A DNA stretch of 64,000 nucleotides from an uncultured Eubacteriales bacterium (lineage in GTDB: Bacteria > Bacillota > Clostridia > Oscillospirales > CAG-382). The notes under the pieces were generated by a model that was given only the letters and a program-made list of their open reading frames with translations, was not told the DNA's origin and did no database searches. Location: NCBI GenBank assembly GCA_934502885.1, contig CAKSUT010000004.1:39232-103231 (forward strand), written 5' to 3'. How positions within the stretch are numbered: position 1 is the first letter of the stretch; each line of letters starts with the position of its first letter. The translations under genes and the position numbers were made by a program. Positions 1-9,033 of this stretch are shown in pieces.

Positions 1-1919
1 TACGGTACGCTCCACTCCGCATTCTCAAAATGCTCCGGCATGTGCTTTTTTCCGAGACTCTTTCCGTTTAAGAAAACTTCGCTTTCGTCGCAGTTTGTGT
101 ATGTAACGACACGTATTTCTTTGCCCTCAAGTCCCTCGAAATTCCACGAGGACGGCACAAGATGAATCATCGGCTTCTCCGAGTACTGCGCCATTGTCTG
201 ATAGTAAGCATCCTTCTTTTGCAGATAGAGGTCGAGAAGTCCGCTCTGTGAACAAAGTCTCGGCCATACTGTCTCACCTCTGTGTTCGATACCTGCCCAC
301 ACAAAACCGCCGGCGATGTAGTCTCGTTCGGCAATGTGCGCCCACGTTTCGGAGCGAGTGCAGTTGTTGAAGTCGCTTCTCGACATTACGTGATCATACG
401 CCGAAAAATATCCCTTTGAGTAGTCGTCGTCGAAGTAATGAGCGCGTGTCGTCTGCAAAGCGCAGATCTCGGTGATAACGAAGGGCTTGTCGGGATATAT
501 TTTGTGAAGATCGTCGTGAAGCGCAAGACTGTAGTTGTAGCTGATGATGTCAACGCTCCTCCGTGCCGTCGGTGCAGAGATGTCTTCAAGCTCTTTCGGA
601 ACGTCACAGCACACGAGAGTCGTCGGACGTGTCGTGTCAAGTTTTTTTACCGCCGCACTCATTCTCGCCGCAAGTCTCATTCCCGTCTCGGTGTTCTGAT
701 GCGGTTCTTCGTTGCCGACCGACCAGCAGATAACGCTCGGGCGGCTTCGGTCACGCTTAACAAGTATTTCAAGCTGTTCTATGCATTCCGGAGACGAATT
801 GAAATACCTTGTCTCTGCAAAAACGAGTATGCCGAGGTCGTCGCAGGCGTCCATCGTCGCTTCATCCGCCATGTTGTGCGCACTTCTGTAGCTGTTCGCA
901 CCCATTTCACGTAAAAGCTCAAGTCTGTACCTTGCAACGCTTTTCGGAAGCACTATCCCCGTGAGTCCGTAGTCGCCGTGACAGCATACGCCCTTGAGCT
1001 TTATGCTTTTGCCGTTGAGGAAGAAACCGTGTTCCGCGTCAAAACGGAATTCGCGGAAACCGAAACGAGTTTTGTATTCGTCGCAAAGCTCGCTGTTTTT
1101 GTATACGCTTGTCACAAGAGTGCACATATTCGGAGAATCGATATCCCATATAAGAGGATCGGAGACAGCCGTGCGGCATTTTGCCTCGGCTTTACCGAAA
1201 GTTCCGACCTCGGCGTCACATTCTGCCGTAAACAGCACATTGCCGTCCTTTCCTACCGCTTTGTGAACAATATGAGCATTTTTGGAAGCATCGCCGTCAT
1301 TGCGGAGAGTCGTCTCGATGTTTACGTCCCATCTGCCGTCTTCGCACTTTACGGGATTTACATATACACCCCATGTGTCAACGCAGAGCCTGTCTGTTTT
1401 TACGAGATATACGTCTCTGTATATGCCGCCGCCCTGATACCACCATCCCTCGGGAATCGTGGGGATAATGCAGCGTACCGCAAGTACGTTTTTGCGGCTT
1501 CCGAAGCGCGCTGTATCGGTTATGTCAACCTCTATAGGCGTGTAGGCGGAGTGGTTTCTTGCAAGAAGAACGCCGTTTAAGTAGATTTCGCTCTCTATGG
1601 CAATTCCCTCGAAGTACAGCGTTAGTCTCTTTCCGCGGTCTTCCTCGCCGAGAGTGAAACTCTTTCTGTACCACGACGTTTCGCCCCTTAAGAAGCCTAT
1701 GGAGTTATCCTTGTTCGGGTCGGGAATATCTTCAATAACATAGTCGTGCGGAAGAGTTACGTTTACCCAGTTGTGCGCGTCAAACCCGTCTGCCGGGACT
1801 ATCGTCGCGGAACCGGTTTTTGTGCGCCAGTAGGTCATATTCTTCGTTACGGGAATTTCCTCGGCTATGTCCTCGCGGTGAAAACTCCATCCGTAATCAA
1901 ACAGTATCTTTTCTCTCAT
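1..1919 (-). CDS. Glycoside hydrolase family 2 (beta-galactosidase/beta-glucuronidase-like), C-terminus beyond window edge
   Basis: Reverse-strand frame is open from ATG at 1919 (RBS GGAGAAATAAT upstream) to base 1. It is missing from the ORF track because it is open-ended. My translation reads MREKILFDYGWSFHRED...YRDVYL...NSYRSAHN...ICWSVGNEE, a GH2-type sugar-binding plus TIM-barrel pattern including the WSxGNE acid/base motif. Confidence 0.8.
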   Translation of the reverse strand, partial: MREKILFDYGWSFHREDIAEEIPVTKNMTYWRTKTGSATIVPADGFDAHNWVNVTLPHDYVIEDIPDPNKDNSIGFLRGETSWYRKSFTLGEEDRGKRLTLYFEGIAIESEIYLNGVLLARNHSAYTPIEVDITDTARFGSRKNVLAVRCIIPTIPEGWWYQGGGIYRDVYLVKTDRLCVDTWGVYVNPVKCEDGRWDVNIETTLRNDGDASKNAHIVHKAVGKDGNVLFTAECDAEVGTFGKAEAKCRTAVSDPLIWDIDSPNMCTLVTSVYKNSELCDEYKTRFGFREFRFDAEHGFFLNGKSIKLKGVCCHGDYGLTGIVLPKSVARYRLELLREMGANSYRSAHNMADEATMDACDDLGILVFAETRYFNSSPECIEQLEILVKRDRSRPSVICWSVGNEEPHQNTETGMRLAARMSAAVKKLDTTRPTTLVCCDVPKELEDISAPTARRSVDIISYNYSLALHDDLHKIYPDKPFVITEICALQTTRAHYFDDDYSKGYFSAYDHVMSRSDFNNCTRSETWAHIAERDYIAGGFVWAGIEHRGETVWPRLCSQSGLLDLYLQKKDAYYQTMAQYSEKPMIHLVPSSWNFEGLEGKEIRVVTYTNCDESEVFLNGKSLGKKHMPEHFENAEWSVP

Positions 1920-2095
1920 GATTATTTCTCCTTTGCACGGAAGTGAAATGATATTTCATGTGAAGTATACCATAACGCGAAAGATTTGTCAATAGCAAAA
2001 TGAACGATAATTTAACTTTTAGTGCTTGAAATACGCCTGCTTTTGTGGTAGAATCTATCACATAATTCAATTCAAAAAGATACGGAGTGCCGACA

Positions 2096-3529
2096 ATGAC
2101 AGATTACACAAACTACGAAAGCCCGTTTTCAACAAGATATTCTTCCGACGAGATGAAGTATCTCTTCTCCGCCGAAAAGAAATTCCGCACGTGGAGAAAG
2201 CTTTGGATATCGCTTGCCAAGGCGGAAAAGGAGTGCGGACTCGGCATCACTGACGAGCAGATAGCGGAGCTTGAAGCCCACGCCGACGACGTAAACTTCG
2301 ATGTTGCCGAGAAGCGAGAGAAAGAGGTCCGACACGACGTTATGAGCCACGTTTACGCATACGGCGTGCAGTGCCCGAAGGCACAGCCGATAATTCATCT
2401 CGGCGCGACATCATGCTATGTCGGCGACAATACCGACGTAATAATCTTACGCGAAGCGATGGTTCTTGTCAGAGAAAAGCTCTGCGGAGTACTTTCAAAC
2501 CTCAAGGATTTTGCGCTTAAGTACAAAGCCATGCCGTGCCTCGGTTACACACACCTCCAGCCGGCACAGACGACAACAGTAGGCAAAAGAGCGACACTTT
2601 GGATGAATGAGCTTCTCTACGACATAAATGAGCTTGAATTCAGAATAGACGGACTCCGAATGCTCGGCTCAAAAGGCACGACGGGAACACAGGCGTCCTT
2701 CCTCGAGCTTTTCGACGGCGACCATGAAAAGGTAAAGAAAGTGGAGGAGCTTATCTGCCGCGACTTTGACTTTGCGGCGGCAGTTCCGGTTTCGGGTCAG
2801 ACCTACTCAAGAAAGGTTGATGCCGCAATACTCGCAACTCTTTCGGGTGTTGCGCAGTCGTGCTATAAGTTTGCAAACGACCTTCGCATACTCCAGTCCT
2901 TTAAGGAAATGGAGGAACCCTTTGAAAAGAACCAGATAGGTTCGTCGGCAATGCCTTATAAGAGAAACCCCATGAGAAGCGAGAGAATATGCGCGCTTGC
3001 AAGATACGTTATCGTAAATTCGCTCAATCCCGCGTTCACTTCGGCAACACAGTGGTTTGAAAGAACCCTCGACGACTCCGCAAACAAGCGCATATCGGTA
3101 GCCGAAGGCTTTCTTGCAACCGATGCTATTCTCAATATCATGCTCAACGTCACCAACGGCTTGGTGGTTTATCCGAAGATGATAAGAGCAAGGCTTATGG
3201 CGGAGCTTCCCTTTATGGCAAGCGAAAATATAATGATGGACGCCGTCAAGAAAGGCGGAAACCGTCAGGAGCTTCACGAGAGAATACGCGTCCATTCAAT
3301 CGCTGCCGGAAAGAATGTAAAGGAAGAGGGCGGCAAGAACGACCTTATCGAGAGAATACTTGCAGACCCGGCATTCGACCTCAGCCGTGAGGAAATAGAC
3401 GAGATTATGAAGCCCGAAAAGTACATCGGTCGTTCGGACGTGCAGGTTGATGAATTCGTCGAAGGATACGTCAATCCCATACTTGAAAAATACGGCGTCG
3501 GCGAAACCAATGCTGACCTCAAGGTTTGA
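2096..3529 (+). CDS. purB: Adenylosuccinate lyase
   Basis: 480-aa ORF with full-length PurB-like sequence (YESPFSTRYSS.EMKYLFS, GSSAMPYKRNP signature). ATG at 2096 sits 8 nt after GGAG, so it is preferred over the GTG at 2087. Confidence 0.95.
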   Translation: MTDYTNYESPFSTRYSSDEMKYLFSAEKKFRTWRKLWISLAKAEKECGLGITDEQIAELEAHADDVNFDVAEKREKEVRHDVMSHVYAYGVQCPKAQPIIHLGATSCYVGDNTDVIILREAMVLVREKLCGVLSNLKDFALKYKAMPCLGYTHLQPAQTTTVGKRATLWMNELLYDINELEFRIDGLRMLGSKGTTGTQASFLELFDGDHEKVKKVEELICRDFDFAAAVPVSGQTYSRKVDAAILATLSGVAQSCYKFANDLRILQSFKEMEEPFEKNQIGSSAMPYKRNPMRSERICALARYVIVNSLNPAFTSATQWFERTLDDSANKRISVAEGFLATDAILNIMLNVTNGLVVYPKMIRARLMAELPFMASENIMMDAVKKGGNRQELHERIRVHSIAAGKNVKEEGGKNDLIERILADPAFDLSREEIDEIMKPEKYIGRSDVQVDEFVEGYVNPILEKYGVGETNADLKV

Positions 3530-3530
3530 T

Positions 3531-4220
3531 ATGTGTAACGCATTTGAAGCTCGAAATATAAAGTACATCCTTTTCGACCTCGACGGCACGATTTCCGATT
3601 CCGCACCAGGAATAGTGAAGTCAGTGGCATATGCTCTCGATAAACTCGGCGTAAAGTACGAAAGTTCGGAGTCGCTTCGCCGCTTTGTAGGACCGCCGCT
3701 CCGAGAGGAATTTATGAAGTACTGCGGCTTCGGACTCGACGACGGAAACCGCGCAGTTGACCTGTACCGTGAGTATTATACCGTTAAAGGCATATACGAA
3801 AACTCGATGTATCCGGGAATACCCGAAATGCTCGCTGTTCTTTGCAAAAAAGGGTATACTCTTGCGGTTGCAACGTCGAAGCCGGAGAAATTCGCGCGTG
3901 ACATTCTCGGACGCTACATTTGTCCTGAGAGCATGAAGAGCGTCGTCGAAATGTTCGCTTTTGTCGGCGGCTCGGAAATGAACGGCGACCGCACCGATAA
4001 GTCGGAGGTGATAAAGTACGTGGTGAAAAATCTCGGCGAAAATGTCACGCCGGAAGAGTGCGTTATGGTCGGCGACCGTGAACACGATATCCTCGGCGCA
4101 AAGAAAAACGGTATGCGCTCGATCGGCGTGCTGTGGGGATACGGCGGTAAGGAAGAACTTGAAAACGCCGGTGCGGATGTAATTGTTTCATCTGCGTGCG
4201 AGCTTTCCGAAACGCTTTAA
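3531..4220 (+). CDS. HAD-IA family hydrolase (phosphoglycolate phosphatase/5'-nucleotidase-like)
   Basis: FDLDGT motif I, ATSK motif II and GDREHD motif IV. Start trimmed to ATG 3531, just after the purB stop. The longer ORF start at 3447 overlaps purB. Confidence 0.8.
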   Translation: MCNAFEARNIKYILFDLDGTISDSAPGIVKSVAYALDKLGVKYESSESLRRFVGPPLREEFMKYCGFGLDDGNRAVDLYREYYTVKGIYENSMYPGIPEMLAVLCKKGYTLAVATSKPEKFARDILGRYICPESMKSVVEMFAFVGGSEMNGDRTDKSEVIKYVVKNLGENVTPEECVMVGDREHDILGAKKNGMRSIGVLWGYGGKEELENAGADVIVSSACELSETL

Positions 4221-4240
4221 AGCACAATACACATAAAATT

Positions 4241-4285
4241 AAGGTCTGCCTCTCGGTTGAAAGGCAGACCTTGAATCTTTTTTTT
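4241..4285. terminator. Bidirectional rho-independent terminator between convergent genes
   Basis: 10-bp stem AAGGTCTGCC/GGCAGACCTT with a 12-nt loop, T8 run downstream on + and a T-rich tail on -. Confidence 0.6.
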
Positions 4286-4290
4286 GAAAC

Positions 4291-5370
4291 TTATCCCTGA
4301 TATCCGATATCGATTGCCGCACCTGCAAAGTACTTTGCGAAGTGGGAGAGATCCTTGAGGCTGAACTTGCCGTCAAACTTGATGTCCGTAATCTTTGCGT
4401 CACTCGTGATTGTTGCGGCAGCGTCGCCTGCCATATTTCTCATCATGAGGTTGAAGTCGGTTTTGTCAACATTGCCGTCCTCGTTTACGTCGCCGTAGAA
4501 TACTATCGCATATCCCGATGCCTTCCACGTCGATATAAGCGTGACGCTTACCTTGGGAGAAACGTAGAACTTCGTGCCTGCCGCAAATGCGCCCTCTTCG
4601 ATTTCGGTGATTGCTGTGGGAACGAGTGCGGAAACCGTCGCTTCATCAAAAACTCCCGTGCCTACCGAGGTTGCGTTTCCGGGAAGAGTAACGTCGCCGC
4701 CCTCACCGTTGTATTCAACTATCTTGCCGTCGGTTACTACAAACTCATTGTTTTCGGAATATGCCTCTTCGTAAGAGAGAAGGGGAGTTCTGTCGGCGTA
4801 GCGGGAAACGCTTTTTCCGTTTTCAAGTGCGCAGACCAAAAGTCCGGACTTGTAGCCTACGATGCCTGTGGATGCATCGGGAGCTTCCTTTTTAAACGAA
4901 AGTGCCTTTTCAAGGTTTTCCGCGCCGTCGTTTATGTCAAATCTTATCTCTGCTATTTTAATGGGAGCGGTGGTTGCGTCAACAACTGCGGTGTAATTTG
5001 CGAACCATGCAAAGTATACTGCGTCCGTGCCGACAAGAGAGGCGTCGGTGTTAGTTTCATGAGTGATTACAACGGAGGTACTCTCGTCTTCCGTTATCGC
5101 CGATTTTACGATGTCGGTTATAACAGGCGTTGAAACTGCGCTTCCGTCGCTGTTAACGAGAGTAACCTTGGCAGGGTCAAAAGAGAGACCGAGCTGACCT
5201 GCGAGAGCAATGCCGTCCGTTACGTAGATCTCGGCGGTCAGGGTGTTTCCGTTTTTGCGCGAAATGAGCTTGTAACCGATTGCGTTATCGGCGGATGCGA
5301 AGAAAGTCATGCTGCACGCCAAAAGAACCGCGCACAGAATAAGACTTGCGAGTTTGACAGATTTTTTCAT
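4291..5370 (-). CDS. Secreted protein with cohesin-like N-terminal module, BspA-type LRR segment and C-terminal type-I dockerin
   Basis: Signal peptide MKKSVKLASLILCAVLLACSMTFFASA. Cohesin-like GIALAGQLGLSFDPAKVTLV...VYFAWFAN. Two Ca-loop repeats, DVNEDGNVDKTD and DIKFDGKFSLKD. RBS GGAGGAG lies before the ATG. Confidence 0.6.
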   Translation of the reverse strand: MKKSVKLASLILCAVLLACSMTFFASADNAIGYKLISRKNGNTLTAEIYVTDGIALAGQLGLSFDPAKVTLVNSDGSAVSTPVITDIVKSAITEDESTSVVITHETNTDASLVGTDAVYFAWFANYTAVVDATTAPIKIAEIRFDINDGAENLEKALSFKKEAPDASTGIVGYKSGLLVCALENGKSVSRYADRTPLLSYEEAYSENNEFVVTDGKIVEYNGEGGDVTLPGNATSVGTGVFDEATVSALVPTAITEIEEGAFAAGTKFYVSPKVSVTLISTWKASGYAIVFYGDVNEDGNVDKTDFNLMMRNMAGDAAATITSDAKITDIKFDGKFSLKDLSHFAKYFAGAAIDIGYQG

Positions 5371-5668
5371 GATAAATCTCCTCCGTTAGTCGCTTAAATT
5401 TGCCGTGTGCCGGTACACATCGGAACGACACACATAACACTGTACACATTATAATAGATTTTCTACAAAAAGTCAATGCAAAAAAGTGCCTGTTTTATGT
5501 GTTTTTGTGACTAATTGGTATGAATATTGAAAATATTTCCGTCTTTTCGGGCAAAAGAGGCATAGCAGTGAAAGGTTTATTCACAATTGCTTCGGATTGT
5601 ACGCTGTGTAATTGAACGGGAAAACAAAGTCGGCACGAGCGGTATCTGTGTAAATTTCGGGTCAAGAG

Positions 5669-5682
5669 GAAACAAATGTTTC
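5669..5682. promoter_or_regulatory. Putative LexA (Cheo-like) box, distal
   Basis: GAAACAAATGTTTC: perfect 5-bp arms GAAAC/GTTTC around a 4-nt spacer, 134 nt upstream of lexA. Confidence 0.4.
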
Positions 5683-5720
5683 TTGTTTGTAAAAATATAT
5701 TGCATTTAAATTTAAAAGTG

Positions 5721-5734
5721 CGAACATAGGTTTG
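5721..5734. promoter_or_regulatory. Putative LexA (Cheo) box, proximal
   Basis: CGAACATAGGTTTG compared with the Gram-positive consensus CGAACRNRYGTTYC (2-3 mismatches). It lies 82 nt upstream of lexA, just before a TATACT -10-like hexamer. Confidence 0.5.
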
Positions 5735-5815
5735 AAATTTTAACAAGTGTGTGTTATACTCAAAGCATAAAGCAACGGCAGACATGATATGTGATTCTGC
5801 CGAAAGGAGAAGTTC

Positions 5816-6430
5816 ATGCTTCAGACATTAAAACCGAAAGAGAAGAGGGTTCTTGAATTCATAAGTCAGACAATAGAGCAGGAGGGGTATGCGCCGTCGG
5901 TGAGAGACATATGCGCCGCCCTCGGGTTTAAATCAACTTCAACCGTCCATATGTACCTCGAAAGACTCGAGGCTAAGGGCTACATACAGAAAGCAAGCGG
6001 CAAGAGCAGAACGATACGTGTGGATTCTCAGGACAGCAAAGCCGGAAAGCACTATAAAGTTCCGCTCATCGGTCAGGTTGCGGCAGGCGTGCCGATACTC
6101 ACCGTGGAGAGCTTCGACGGATATATAGATTATTCCACCGATAAACACTACGACGCAAACTCCCTGTATGCGCTTCGCGTAAAAGGCGACAGTATGATTG
6201 AGGCGGGCATTTTAAGCGGAGACATTGTCGTGATTGAGAAAAGGGACTATGCCGAGAATGGTGAAATTGTCGTTGCGATGATTGACGATGAAGCGACGGT
6301 TAAGCGCTTCTTCAAGGAGAACGGCAGCTACAGACTTCAGCCCGAAAACTCCTCCATGCAGCCGATTTACACCGACACCGTTTCGATTCTCGGAAAAGTA
6401 GTCGCACTCATGAGATACTACAATCGGTAA
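5816..6430 (+). CDS. lexA: LexA repressor (SOS regulator, S24 self-cleaving peptidase)
   Basis: N-terminal winged HTH (EGYAPSVRDICAALGFKSTSTVHMYLERLE), an AAG cleavage-site region (VAAGVP), and the Ser (GDSM) and Lys (ATVKRF) dyad. Confidence 0.95.
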   Translation: MLQTLKPKEKRVLEFISQTIEQEGYAPSVRDICAALGFKSTSTVHMYLERLEAKGYIQKASGKSRTIRVDSQDSKAGKHYKVPLIGQVAAGVPILTVESFDGYIDYSTDKHYDANSLYALRVKGDSMIEAGILSGDIVVIEKRDYAENGEIVVAMIDDEATVKRFFKENGSYRLQPENSSMQPIYTDTVSILGKVVALMRYYNR

Positions 6431-6438
6431 AAATTCCA

Positions 6439-6465
6439 CGGGAGGCTTCGGCTTCCCGTTTTTTT
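6439..6465 (+). terminator. Rho-independent terminator after lexA
   Basis: CGGGAGGC-TTCG-GCTTCCCG hairpin followed by T7. Confidence 0.7.
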
Positions 6466-6544
6466 CAGACTTTTTTCACGCCGATTTCACATATATGGTG
6501 TACTATAATTAAAGTGAATGATATTTATTGCAGGAGGCATAAAG

Positions 6545-7210
6545 ATGTACAATATACTTGTTGTTGACGACGAAGAGAAGATTCGCCTTTTGATAAGAAA
6601 GTATGCGGAATTTGAGGGACATACCGTAACGGAGGTTTCGTGCGGACTTGATGCCATTGAGGTCGCAACCGAAAAAGATTTCGATATCATAATACTCGAT
6701 ATAATGATGCCCGATCTTGACGGCTTTTCGGTGTGCCGCGAGATACGCAAAAAGAAAAAGACTCCGATAATAATGCTTTCCGCAAGAGGCGAGGAGTACG
6801 ACAGAATACACGGCTTCGAGATAGGTGTTGACGATTACGTCGTGAAGCCTTTTTCACCGAAAGAGCTTATGCTCCGCATAGGTGCTGTCCTCAAACGTTC
6901 GAGAGACACCTCGACTGAGGTAATGACCATGGAGGGACTCTCCATTGACTTTTCCGCAAGAATAGTAACTGTTGACGGTAAGAAGGTTGACCTCACGCCG
7001 AAAGAGTACGAGCTTCTTTTTTATTTTGCGAAGAACAAGGGAATCGCGCTCACACGCGAAAAGCTCATAAGCAACGTGTGGGGGTACGACTTCTACGGCG
7101 ACGACCGCACCCTCGATACGCATATAAAGCTCTTGCGGAAAAATCTCGGACCGTACAGCAAATTCATCGTAACCTTAAGAGGAGTTGGATATCGCTTTGA
7201 GGAAAATTAA
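6545..7210 (+). CDS. OmpR-family two-component response regulator
   Basis: Receiver domain (ILVVDDE...DIIILDIMMPDLDG...KP) plus winged-helix trans_reg_C domain (LTPKEYELL...VWGY...RTLDTHI..LR.K...TLRGVGYRF). ATG at 6545 sits 7 nt after AGGAGG. Confidence 0.9.
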   Translation: MYNILVVDDEEKIRLLIRKYAEFEGHTVTEVSCGLDAIEVATEKDFDIIILDIMMPDLDGFSVCREIRKKKKTPIIMLSARGEEYDRIHGFEIGVDDYVVKPFSPKELMLRIGAVLKRSRDTSTEVMTMEGLSIDFSARIVTVDGKKVDLTPKEYELLFYFAKNKGIALTREKLISNVWGYDFYGDDRTLDTHIKLLRKNLGPYSKFIVTLRGVGYRFEEN

Positions 7211-8849
7211 AGACAGGCTTTCCGAGCTTTCACGCCGTATAAGCATAAAGTGGAATGTGTTTTTTACGTTCCTTTTCTTTTCCGGAATACTTCTTCTGGT
7301 TTTGTGGGTAATGCAGATACTCCTTCTCGACAACATTTACTCGTATATCAAAACCGAAAAAATGAAAACAAATGTCGAGAATATAATGTCGTGCCTTGAG
7401 GAGGACGATTACGTCGACCTTCTCGACGATTACACACGCGCAAACGACCTCAACCTCATGATAATCGATGAAAATTTCAGCATACACCATTCGAGAATGA
7501 ACTCTCCCGTAGGCAAGCTTGCAGACCTCCGAAATCAGCTTGCGGTCGGTGAGAAGTACGAGATATCGACTATCTACGATGATACCGCAAATTCCGAGAA
7601 CGGCGAAACAAGTGCGGTATATTCGTCGTTCGGCGTGGGATCGAGGCATTGGGCAAAGACACGGCACGTCGATTTTACCGGAGACGGCGAGAACTCTTTG
7701 TCATTCTCAGTTACTTTTCCGCGCCCGTTCGGCGAGTCTGCACAGAACCCGGACGACGGTGAAAATGCCGAAAGAGGCGAAAACGGTTTCGACGGCGAAA
7801 ACGCCCGTCCGCCCGAGCCGCCGGAGGGGTACATCAACAGAACCCTTATCTACACAAAAATCATCACATTTTCCGACGGAGTGCCGGGACTTATAATGAT
7901 AGAGTCGCTTCTCACACCCGTCAATGCCACGGTCGATACGCTTTCGGCGATATTCGGTATAATCGCCGTTGTCATGATAATAATTTCTCTCATGCTTGCC
8001 TTTGCCGTGTCAGTTTATATCACAAAGCCTATAGCGAAGATAAACGACTCCGCAAAGCTTCTTTCAAAGGGCGACTACAGCGTAAAGTTTACCGGCGGCG
8101 GTTACAAGGAAATAGCACAGCTTAACGATACGCTGAACTTCACTGCGGCTGAGCTTTCAAGAGTGGAGAATCTGCGTAAGGAACTTATCGCAAACGTTTC
8201 GCACGACCTTCGTACGCCTCTTACGATGATAGTCGGCTATGCCGAGGTAATGCGCGATATCCCGGGAGAGAATAATCCCGAAAACGTGCAGGTAATCATC
8301 GACGAGGCTGAGAGACTCTCGTCGCTTGTGAACGACCTTCTCGACAATTCGCGGTTGCAATCCGGAAAGATGCCGTTCAAAAAAACGCCGTATGACCTCA
8401 CGGAAAGTATTCGCAGCATTGTCGAAAGATATGACAAAATGGCGGCGAAGGACGGCTTTGAAGTACGCTTTGAGAGCGACGGTGCGGATATCTGCATAGA
8501 CGCCGACGAAGACCGCATTTCACAGGTGATATGCAATCTTATCAACAACGCAATCAACTATTCCGGCGAAAACAAGAGCGTTACCGTAAGGCTTCAGGCG
8601 AAAGGACGATATGCCAGAGTCGAGGTGGAGGACACCGGAATAGGCATCGCCAAGGAGGATCTTCCCTATATCTGGGACAGATACTATAAGGTGGACAAAA
8701 CGCATAAGCGTGCGCAGGTCGGAACGGGACTCGGACTTTCGATAGTAAAGTCTCTTCTCGAACTTCACAACGCACGTTACGGAGTTACGAGTACGGTCGG
8801 AGTCGGAAGCGTGTTCTGGTTTGAAATCGAGCGCATAAGGACAAATTGA
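7185..8849 (+). CDS. Sensor histidine kinase (HAMP + HisKA + HATPase_c)
   Basis: Two TM segments flank a roughly 200-aa extracytoplasmic region. H-box SHDLRTPL, N-box NLINNAINY, and G-boxes DTGIGI and GTGLGLSIV. It overlaps the response-regulator stop. The start is uncertain: TTG at 7185 or 7197. Confidence 0.9.
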   Translation: MDIALRKIKDRLSELSRRISIKWNVFFTFLFFSGILLLVLWVMQILLLDNIYSYIKTEKMKTNVENIMSCLEEDDYVDLLDDYTRANDLNLMIIDENFSIHHSRMNSPVGKLADLRNQLAVGEKYEISTIYDDTANSENGETSAVYSSFGVGSRHWAKTRHVDFTGDGENSLSFSVTFPRPFGESAQNPDDGENAERGENGFDGENARPPEPPEGYINRTLIYTKIITFSDGVPGLIMIESLLTPVNATVDTLSAIFGIIAVVMIIISLMLAFAVSVYITKPIAKINDSAKLLSKGDYSVKFTGGGYKEIAQLNDTLNFTAAELSRVENLRKELIANVSHDLRTPLTMIVGYAEVMRDIPGENNPENVQVIIDEAERLSSLVNDLLDNSRLQSGKMPFKKTPYDLTESIRSIVERYDKMAAKDGFEVRFESDGADICIDADEDRISQVICNLINNAINYSGENKSVTVRLQAKGRYARVEVEDTGIGIAKEDLPYIWDRYYKVDKTHKRAQVGTGLGLSIVKSLLELHNARYGVTSTVGVGSVFWFEIERIRTN

Positions 8850-8939
8850 CACTTAGAATTCGGCGGTTCTTTGTATGTTCCGCCGACCTTTTCTTTTCGC
8901 ATATTAACACGCATTATCAAAAATTTCAAAGAAAAGGCG

Positions 8940-8968
8940 TTGAATTTGCTTTTGAGACGTGCTATAAT
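8940..8968 (+). promoter_or_regulatory. Sigma-A-type promoter upstream of glyA
   Basis: TTGAAT-N17-TATAAT. Confidence 0.5.
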
Positions 8969-9033
8969 ACAAAAAGTGCACGTCGGTGCTGAAAGCGTTT
9001 CGTGTGCCCAATTTCAGTAAAAGGAGAATGGTA

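Noticed and set aside
3447-3530. Longer N-terminus for the HAD hydrolase
   Set aside because: The extension overlaps the 3' end of purB in another frame. The conserved DxDGT motif begins shortly after the internal ATG at 3531.
7741-7830. Imperfect GGYGAAAAYGSY triplet repeat (GENAERGENGFDGENA) in the histidine-kinase sensor domain as a possible contingency locus
   Set aside because: There are only three imperfect copies, all in-frame, in an acidic low-complexity loop. There is no homopolymeric or perfect tandem tract that would promote slippage.
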